From sequence record OR545507.1: DNA of 64,000 nucleotides; one strand, written 5' to 3'. Below the pieces are notes generated by a model. It did not search any database. It was not told where the DNA came from and saw only the letters and a program-made list of their open reading frames with translations. Numbering within the stretch: position 1 is the stretch's first letter; each line of letters starts with the position of its first letter. Made by a program: the position numbers and the translations under genes. Positions 57,510-64,000 of this stretch are shown in pieces.

Positions 57510-57950
57510 CTATTTTACTGGAATATTTGAAAAGAAATCAGTCATCCAATACGCCGTCTCTTTGTTGAATAATACTGGATCAAACTTAAGTAACTCAACA
57601 TGACTTGTATCATACACGCTTGTATCGGTAATGTCAAACAAAGTTTTAGTACTGAATAGTGGATTACTCACTAGAAAGTAGTAATCAGCAGTAGTGCTAA
57701 TGTCATCATAAAACACACCGTCATACCATCCATCATCATATACATAAACAGAATCGTCATGAAGATAGTAAACTTCTATATGTAAACTCAAGTTCTTCAT
57801 GGTTTCAATCATTTTTGCCGTATGAGGATTTAACTTATTGACATTTTCAAACACATAAGAGTGTTTTTTATTCATATCAACAAATGAAAATATTCGTACT
57901 GAACGTATATTCATATTACTCCAAATAAACAAGTGAATTAATGAAATCAT
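57510..57950 (-). CDS. Hypothetical protein
   Basis: ORF; start probably MNIRSV. Confidence 0.6.
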   Translation of the reverse strand: MISLIHLFIWSNMNIRSVRIFSFVDMNKKHSYVFENVNKLNPHTAKMIETMKNLSLHIEVYYLHDDSVYVYDDGWYDGVFYDDISTTADYYFLVSNPLFSTKTLFDITDTSVYDTSHVELLKFDPVLFNKETAYWMTDFFSNIPVK

Positions 57951-58299
57951 ATTTCAATTTATCATCAACATAATTCAAATCAACTTTAATCATCGGAGCA
58001 TGGGAACGTATAGACAGTGTTTCCATAAAGTACTGATTAAGTTTGTATGTATGGAAAAGATGAATATCTCGTTTCAATACCACCATTACTTCCCCGAACA
58101 GATCACAGAGTTCAACTTCAGTGTTAGTTGGGTCAAACCCATAACGATTCTTTAATGTACGTGGTTCTTTATTTCGATAATAATGCACAGCTTTATTACT
58201 ATTCACTAACAAGTGATGATATGCATTACTATAAACTGAGCAAATAACTCGGCTTGGATAATTGGTATATTCTGGCAGTTCAAAATAAATTAATGACAC
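57916..58299 (-). CDS. Hypothetical protein
   Basis: 127-aa ORF. Confidence 0.6.
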   Translation of the reverse strand: MSLIYFELPEYTNYPSRVICSVYSNAYHHLLVNSNKAVHYYRNKEPRTLKNRYGFDPTNTEVELCDLFGEVMVVLKRDIHLFHTYKLNQYFMETLSIRSHAPMIKVDLNYVDDKLKYDFINSLVYLE

Positions 58300-58311
58300 A
58301 ATATCCTCTCA

Positions 58312-59103
58312 TTAAATTTCAAATACAAATTTAGGATTGTAATCAAAATTCTCACAAGCTCCACTGTATGATTCATAGCCTCGTGGATTACAAATGATAC
58401 GTGTCTTACCAATGTGGTAGTCAAAACTACTATGAACATGACCATGAATCCAAACATCAGCACCCAAATCTTCAATGTACTGATCCATATCGGAACAGTA
58501 ACAACCATTCAGTGAATCATTTTTATATTTTGGTGAAACACTTTGATAACTTGGTGCGTGATGGGTAACCACGATGACCTTGAAATCATTATCATGCATA
58601 AAGCGAACTGTGTCAATAGAATTTTTGATAAATTGTTTATCTTTGTGATGCATAAACTCAGTATCATCTGGTGTCAGTTTCTTACGCCAAGGCTCTGATG
58701 TTGTTCCATGACGGATATGTTTGTAATCGTTCATCTTCAGACGAGCATCAAACTTCGTCAAAGAATTACCTTTATCGAAGTCTGTCCACAGAGTACTACC
58801 AACAAGCAGTACTCCGTCCAGCCATACAAATTTGTTTTGCAAAAAGATGAAATTTGGAATCTCATCTTGCATATCGGACAGTACTTTATGCGTTTTGTGG
58901 ATATTGGAACCATAATATTCATGATTGCCAGGAACCAGTACTACATTCTTAAACTGCTTACATAGTGATTCTATACCAGTACGGTAACGACTGCGTTTAA
59001 CTTCATCGAAGTCCCCAGCAATAATCAGTACTGTATCACTGTAATCACCACTATGGAGGTAATCAGTCCCACCGTGTACATCAGATGTTACAACAAATTT
59101 CAT
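58312..59103 (-). CDS. Calcineurin-like metallophosphoesterase
   Basis: SDVH, AGD, PGNHEY, THHAP, HGHVH, CNPRGY. Confidence 0.9.
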   Translation of the reverse strand: MKFVVTSDVHGGTDYLHSGDYSDTVLIIAGDFDEVKRSRYRTGIESLCKQFKNVVLVPGNHEYYGSNIHKTHKVLSDMQDEIPNFIFLQNKFVWLDGVLLVGSTLWTDFDKGNSLTKFDARLKMNDYKHIRHGTTSEPWRKKLTPDDTEFMHHKDKQFIKNSIDTVRFMHDNDFKVIVVTHHAPSYQSVSPKYKNDSLNGCYCSDMDQYIEDLGADVWIHGHVHSSFDYHIGKTRIICNPRGYESYSGACENFDYNPKFVFEI

Positions 59104-59122
59104 AATCACCTCCAATAAATGG

Positions 59123-60541
59123 TTAACCTAATGCGTCAATAATACTGTTTGAGAACACTTCAACAGCACTCTCACGAATTTCTAAGATACGAGTATAATC
59201 ATCACAAGTGTTTTTGTCAAATCTAAATTCAATAAACACTGGTAAGAACAGTGATGGCTCACCAGTACGCTTGTCGAATACAATGTCATTACACTCAACT
59301 GTAACCACTTTACCAATAAGTTCTTGCATTCTTTCCCAAATGGTTTTAAATGTCCATTCAGCATCTTTCTCTTTGATACCAGTACCCACATTAACTTTCA
59401 ATGAACCACAAGCACTTTCCAGTTGTAAAGAACCTAGGCTTCCTTTACGTTTACCTTCACCTTCATTGAAACCAACAATACGTAAGTCCAGTTGCATTTT
59501 CAATTTCATTTTCAACTGCTTAGGTGAAGTATGAGATTTCCAGATACCATCTTCACATTTCAGTACTGAACCCTCTTCACCTTCGTTCATTAGTTCACTA
59601 TTGTACTCAAATGCTTCTTTGATGTTTAGAACTTTACGGAATCCAACCATACGAACAAAATCACTATTGAGTTCGTTAATTGCATCTACTAAGATCTCGC
59701 GACGTTCTTTACGTTTTACATCCCATACACCTTCACAAAATGCATCATATGGAACAACATCCCATAGAACGAATACAGTACGCATTGCTTCATTCTGACT
59801 GATGCTATCTTTACCAGCTTTCTGAATTATACCGTTGCCAGTAGTGCGTGGGAGAATGGTTTCTCCATCATTGTCCAGTACTACACCTTCCCCCATAAAG
59901 ACTACACCACTACTAAAACGTTCATCTTTACTTTGGATGATGTGAGCAAGACCTGCCATCTCACCATCACGACAACCCAGGAAGTCGTATAGTTTACCAT
60001 TACGGGATGTAGAAGTTAATGAACCATTAATGACAACGTGGTTTAAGTACTGACCATCCATTTTCACTTCTGATATAGCGTAACCATAATCTTTGAAGTT
60101 GATGTTCTTTGCAGTCTTTTTGTCAATCAAAGAACAACGCATATATGGTTCGTCTTTGATGAATCCTTTACCAAACACATCATTGCAGTTCTTCTCCTGA
60201 ATACCACAATCAAGGTTCTTAGTGAGCATTCTACGTAGAACTTCCTGATCATCTTCAGATACAGAACCCAGTACTGAAGCAATGAAATCACGCCCCGCAT
60301 TTCCTGTCACATCACGCTTGTAAATGCATTCTAGCTTATCAATTGCTTCATCTAACGTCATATGTTGATATACGTCATCAGCGGCAGGGAGCTTCTTATA
60401 GCCACTAACGATAGAAGGGTCTAGAGTATATTTCAGTACTTTTTGTAAAGTTACATTATCTTTATTTTGTTCAAGAATAGCCTTTTTGCCCAGAGTACTG
60501 CTAGTATTTTTAATGCTTTCAAGAATTGCTAAAATGCTCAT
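59123..60541 (-). CDS. lig: ATP-dependent DNA ligase (T4 gp30-like)
   Basis: EVKMDG motif I, EGSVLK, WKSHTSPKQLKMK, FLPVFIEFRFDK. Confidence 0.95.
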   Translation of the reverse strand: MSILAILESIKNTSSTLGKKAILEQNKDNVTLQKVLKYTLDPSIVSGYKKLPAADDVYQHMTLDEAIDKLECIYKRDVTGNAGRDFIASVLGSVSEDDQEVLRRMLTKNLDCGIQEKNCNDVFGKGFIKDEPYMRCSLIDKKTAKNINFKDYGYAISEVKMDGQYLNHVVINGSLTSTSRNGKLYDFLGCRDGEMAGLAHIIQSKDERFSSGVVFMGEGVVLDNDGETILPRTTGNGIIQKAGKDSISQNEAMRTVFVLWDVVPYDAFCEGVWDVKRKERREILVDAINELNSDFVRMVGFRKVLNIKEAFEYNSELMNEGEEGSVLKCEDGIWKSHTSPKQLKMKLKMQLDLRIVGFNEGEGKRKGSLGSLQLESACGSLKVNVGTGIKEKDAEWTFKTIWERMQELIGKVVTVECNDIVFDKRTGEPSLFLPVFIEFRFDKNTCDDYTRILEIRESAVEVFSNSIIDALG

Positions 60542-60552
60542 TGTATATTCCT

Positions 60553-61755
60553 TTATAGATAATACTTTCCAATATAAAGTGGATTACTAATTGATAGTTG
60601 AACGTGACATGGTTTGTCTTGGTAGTAACGAGTGCTTGATGTTTTGCGTTCATTTGGTGGGAAGAATGGGGAACGATAGCCATTCCATGTACTAAATGAT
60701 GAGTGTTCATTAATATCAACATCCATTACCATAATCCCATTATCATCAATTTGAACTGGATATGCACTAAAGCGTTCAAATTTATCATTATAATGGATAT
60801 TATAATCTCCACTACGCCCATAATAACTACGCGTTGTATTATTACTTACACCAAAAAATACGCGATATGTTTGTTCATTATCTTTAGTCATAAATGGTAC
60901 GTTCTCGTTGAAACGTCCATTATTCATAAGATCATCAACATTTATTTCTTCGTATTTAATTTTAAGGTCTTTTGCTTTAAATGATTTATTGTGTACCAGT
61001 ACTGGAATGTTAGATTCACCTAATGGGTTATGTCTGTTTGTTCTATAGCTTTGCCAAAATTCATTAGCAAGTTTAATTTCTTCATCTGCCGTAGTCTTCT
61101 TATTCAAGAGTGCACGAGGTTCAAGATTGTAATTATCCAAACGTTGATTCAATGCATAAGTTCCACGAGTACTGTTAAAAAGTAAATGATAAACTGAACT
61201 TTTGTCGGGATATGCAAATTCTTTAGTTTTCTTTATACAAATTGCATGTACTTTACCGCAGTAATAGTAATCTTCTTTAAGATAAGTGAAACCATCACCA
61301 ACTTTAAGACCTGCTACAGTTTCTTTTTGTTGTTCTTTTTTATTTTCTTTTTCAACTAACTTAGCAAACGTTTTTGTTTTACCATTAATTAATTCTAAGT
61401 TATTGTTGAAAAACATTGGGTCTACAAAAACACCTTTGATTATATCGTTATTGATAATTAAATCATTCATGTTTTTTGCACTAATCATAAATTCAAATCC
61501 TTCTGGGTGACGGATCGTGAAATATGTTTCTCGTGCATGAGTTGTTAATTTATCAACTACACAAAATCCCGTAGTTGGAACGTTGTCAATATATAACGAT
61601 GGAAGATTGTTCTTCTTTGCCCAGTACTCTGCTCTCTCTTTCTTTGTTTCAAACGCTTTTGTATGTGATTTTGTTGCATCGATAATAAAACCATCAACTT
61701 GGTTGTGGTTTACATAGGAACGTGCAACAAATAACTTCTCTGGAAAATCCATCAA
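60553..61755 (-). CDS. Hypothetical protein
   Basis: 400-aa ORF; IDNVPTTGF...RHPEGFEF. Confidence 0.7.
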   Translation of the reverse strand: MMDFPEKLFVARSYVNHNQVDGFIIDATKSHTKAFETKKERAEYWAKKNNLPSLYIDNVPTTGFCVVDKLTTHARETYFTIRHPEGFEFMISAKNMNDLIINNDIIKGVFVDPMFFNNNLELINGKTKTFAKLVEKENKKEQQKETVAGLKVGDGFTYLKEDYYYCGKVHAICIKKTKEFAYPDKSSVYHLLFNSTRGTYALNQRLDNYNLEPRALLNKKTTADEEIKLANEFWQSYRTNRHNPLGESNIPVLVHNKSFKAKDLKIKYEEINVDDLMNNGRFNENVPFMTKDNEQTYRVFFGVSNNTTRSYYGRSGDYNIHYNDKFERFSAYPVQIDDNGIMVMDVDINEHSSFSTWNGYRSPFFPPNERKTSSTRYYQDKPCHVQLSISNPLYIGKYYL

Positions 61756-62171
61756 ATTGTCCTCATTGTGCTGATTGCTTTTAATGTGTCAAACAATGCA
61801 CCATATTTTACTTGCATTAGTTGATCACCAGCAGGAAGATTCATACGCATAACAGCCATGTCTTCAATCATTTCAGACGTACACAGTACTGCTACACAGG
61901 TAATAGCATCATTCAATCCAGCTTCATTGAATTTGGCAAACGGAACTTTTCCCTGTTTGCTAAGGTTGTTATAATAAGAATTTAACTTATCATGTCCACC
62001 AGCATTTAGTACTACAATAGTTTCGTGTTCATAGTACCATTCATCAATAATAGTACTGAAAGCAGTACCTTCATATTCTTTAATTAGTTTAACACCAGCA
62101 TGGAATGCTTGAATACCAGCTTGGACACCTTGGCAGTACATATTAGTTAAGCAATACAATTTCATTTCCAT
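61752..62171 (-). CDS. PTH2-like peptidyl-tRNA hydrolase
   Basis: GIQAFHA...W....TIVVLN...FAKFNEAGLNDAITCVA. Confidence 0.6.
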   Translation of the reverse strand: MEMKLYCLTNMYCQGVQAGIQAFHAGVKLIKEYEGTAFSTIIDEWYYEHETIVVLNAGGHDKLNSYYNNLSKQGKVPFAKFNEAGLNDAITCVAVLCTSEMIEDMAVMRMNLPAGDQLMQVKYGALFDTLKAISTMRTI

Positions 62172-62389
62172 ACCTCTTGTTTTTCTACGTAGCCTTTCCC
62201 ATCACAGTGTGGACAAGCATAAAAGCTGCGGTAATCTTCTGACGGTACTTGTTGTGTTCCATTACATGTAGGACATACTTTACGTGCACCAGAAATAATA
62301 CGTTCATGGTGTTCAGCTTGTTTAGCTGAATCAAAAATACGACCATCTTCAGTTTGGTATTTTTCTACCATAACTTGAATTACTTTCAT
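62162..62389 (-). CDS. DnaJ-type zinc finger protein
   Basis: CPTCNGT and CPHCDGKG. Confidence 0.75.
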   Translation of the reverse strand: MKVIQVMVEKYQTEDGRIFDSAKQAEHHERIISGARKVCPTCNGTQQVPSEDYRSFYACPHCDGKGYVEKQEVWK

Positions 62390-62399
62390 TTCTATTTCC

Positions 62400-62669
62400 T
62401 TATAAAAATGTTAAATCTTCAGTACTTAATTGTGATAATTTACCATCATATTCTATTTCAACATATACATCTTGGTCATAAACAGCAACTACACGTTTAA
62501 TAACTCCAACCTTCACGACATTCTTTTTGTAGTTGAACTCAACTGAACAACCAATAAGTTTATTTGATAGAATCTCACGTATTTGATTTGCATGGTCTTT
62601 TAGGATAGAATTAATAGATTTTTTCATAATATATCTATCATTCAAATATTTTTTAACTACATCATGCAT
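62400..62669 (-). CDS. Hypothetical protein
   Basis: 89-aa ORF. Confidence 0.6.
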   Translation of the reverse strand: MHDVVKKYLNDRYIMKKSINSILKDHANQIREILSNKLIGCSVEFNYKKNVVKVGVIKRVVAVYDQDVYVEIEYDGKLSQLSTEDLTFL

Positions 62670-62674
62670 AATTA

Positions 62675-63418
62675 TTACCTTTTGAAACGATTGAATGAGT
62701 ACTCATCTTTTTCTTTACGTAAGTATCTCATCCCACCACTTTGTGGAGTAGCGAGAGTTAAGTCACCCGTCAAGAACTGACTATCAATCCAAATGCGATT
62801 ACCGTAAATGAGTGGGTCTGTAACTGCTGTATGTCCACTAAAGACACAATGCACTCCATCTAACTTAGGTGCATAATATGTATTATTAGTTCTACAATAA
62901 TCGAATGTTTTTCTATCCCACAAGCACTTATCAATTATATCAGCACTAAGTGATTTTGTCCCATTAACAAATCGTTCCCATGTTGTATATTCCAACGGAA
63001 CTCCAGCATGAACTAACCCAATCTTCAATCCTCGGTGATTGATTTGGATAATCATAGGGAGATCCTTTAAGTACTGACGAAAGAATTGAATGCCTGTTCC
63101 TCCAACTTCATCAAGGAATTTATCACCACCATTACTTATCCAACAATGATACCAATCTCGAAGTGTTTCCGAATCAACGCACATCATCTCATGATTACCC
63201 GCAATCATGTAACGATTTTCTCCGAACAAAAATTCAAAAAGGAGCTTTGAATTTTGTTCTCCACGGTCGATAATATCACCTACACTGAAAACATAATCAT
63301 TGTGTGTAATACCAAATTCTTTCACTGTAGCATCCCATAGTTTACCATTACCATGCAAATCACCTACAATGTATAAATCTTTATCATCAGGTACAGTTAC
63401 TTCTAAGAAGTGTTTCAT
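62675..63418 (-). CDS. Ser/Thr protein phosphatase (lambda-phosphatase/PPP family)
   Basis: GDLHG, GDIIDRG, GNHE, HAG, SGHT. Confidence 0.92.
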   Translation of the reverse strand: MKHFLEVTVPDDKDLYIVGDLHGNGKLWDATVKEFGITHNDYVFSVGDIIDRGEQNSKLLFEFLFGENRYMIAGNHEMMCVDSETLRDWYHCWISNGGDKFLDEVGGTGIQFFRQYLKDLPMIIQINHRGLKIGLVHAGVPLEYTTWERFVNGTKSLSADIIDKCLWDRKTFDYCRTNNTYYAPKLDGVHCVFSGHTAVTDPLIYGNRIWIDSQFLTGDLTLATPQSGGMRYLRKEKDEYSFNRFKR

Positions 63419-63420
63419 TA

Positions 63421-63672
63421 TTACTCCAACCATATAATATTAGTGTGTTTAGTAACTTGTGTTCCAGCAAAAGAACCATCTTTAAGATAAGTATTAATTT
63501 TAAAACGCCATTCACCACCACTAATATACATATCAGTAATAATATACTTTCCATACCCTCTGGAGTTTATTAATCGTACTTCTTGACCAATATATTTTGG
63601 CTTCAGATCATTTATAAAATCATCAGCCAAAGACATAAGATATCGCAAATGTGATAAGTCAGTGTTGAACAT
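63421..63672 (-). CDS. Hypothetical protein
   Basis: 83-aa ORF. Confidence 0.6.
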   Translation of the reverse strand: MFNTDLSHLRYLMSLADDFINDLKPKYIGQEVRLINSRGYGKYIITDMYISGGEWRFKINTYLKDGSFAGTQVTKHTNIIWLE

Positions 63673-63887
63673 TATTTCTTTCTCTTATATTTGTTAATAA
63701 TATCTTGGGTAAGTGAAATAAAAATATATACTAATGTTACAGGCCAAATAATAGCCATCAGTGCTGCTGTTTGGAGATTCATGATAATCATGATTTCATC
63801 TTTAAAACAACCCCAATTAAGTACTAGAAAGTTGGTTATAAATGTAACAAATGCTACAAAACCATATATTGCAAAAAATGTTATCAT
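63672..63887 (-). CDS. Small membrane protein
   Basis: Two TM; AIIWPVTLV. Confidence 0.6.
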   Translation of the reverse strand: MITFFAIYGFVAFVTFITNFLVLNWGCFKDEIMIIMNLQTAALMAIIWPVTLVYIFISLTQDIINKYKRKK

Positions 63888-63889
63888 AA

Positions 63890-64000
63890 TTATTCCTCAT
63901 CATCCACTAAAACAAGATAATCCAAACTTAACTCGGTATCTATGTAACAATCACAATTCAAGTACTCAATTTCAGCACCTATAGTTCTCCCATTCTTAAA
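63890..64000 (-). CDS. 3' end of a hypothetical gene (partial)
   Basis: Open frame ...FKNGRTIGAEIEYLNCDC...DDEE* from the right edge. Confidence 0.55.
   Translation of the reverse strand, partial: FKNGRTIGAEIEYLNCDCYIDTELSLDYLVLVDDEE

Overview
A 64-kb segment of an AT-rich (about 32% GC by eye) T4-superfamily jumbo myophage. Gene content resembles the GAP32/PBECO4/RaK2-type enterobacterial jumbo phages; this is an inference, not a database result. Almost all genes are on the minus strand. The window holds a head-completion/tail tube/sheath/neck block, spanins, a GH8-like protein, tail-fibre-like paralogs, nrdD/nrdG, DNA ligase, dNMP kinase and dCMP deaminase. It also holds many host-takeover genes: CCA-adding enzyme, HPF, two PTH2-like proteins, an RlaP-like nucleotidyltransferase, a 2H phosphoesterase, macrodomain, Sir2, two NUDIX enzymes, PhoH, ClpP and an HslV-like protease. 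No tRNA, rRNA or CRISPR array was seen. Three unexplained signals stand out. (1) Four genes, including the T4 gp4-like head-completion nuclease, are each split by the same +1 frameshift at an in-frame CGG codon that resumes at GGN (Gly); this is programmed recoding or a systematic sequencing artefact. (2) The palindrome AGTACT/CAGTACTG is strongly over-represented (about 156 and about 37 copies by manual count). (3) A roughly 510-nt structured non-coding unit has its own promoter and terminator (22.5-23.0 kb). An ACP-like protein whose pantetheine-attachment Ser is replaced by Trp is also notable.
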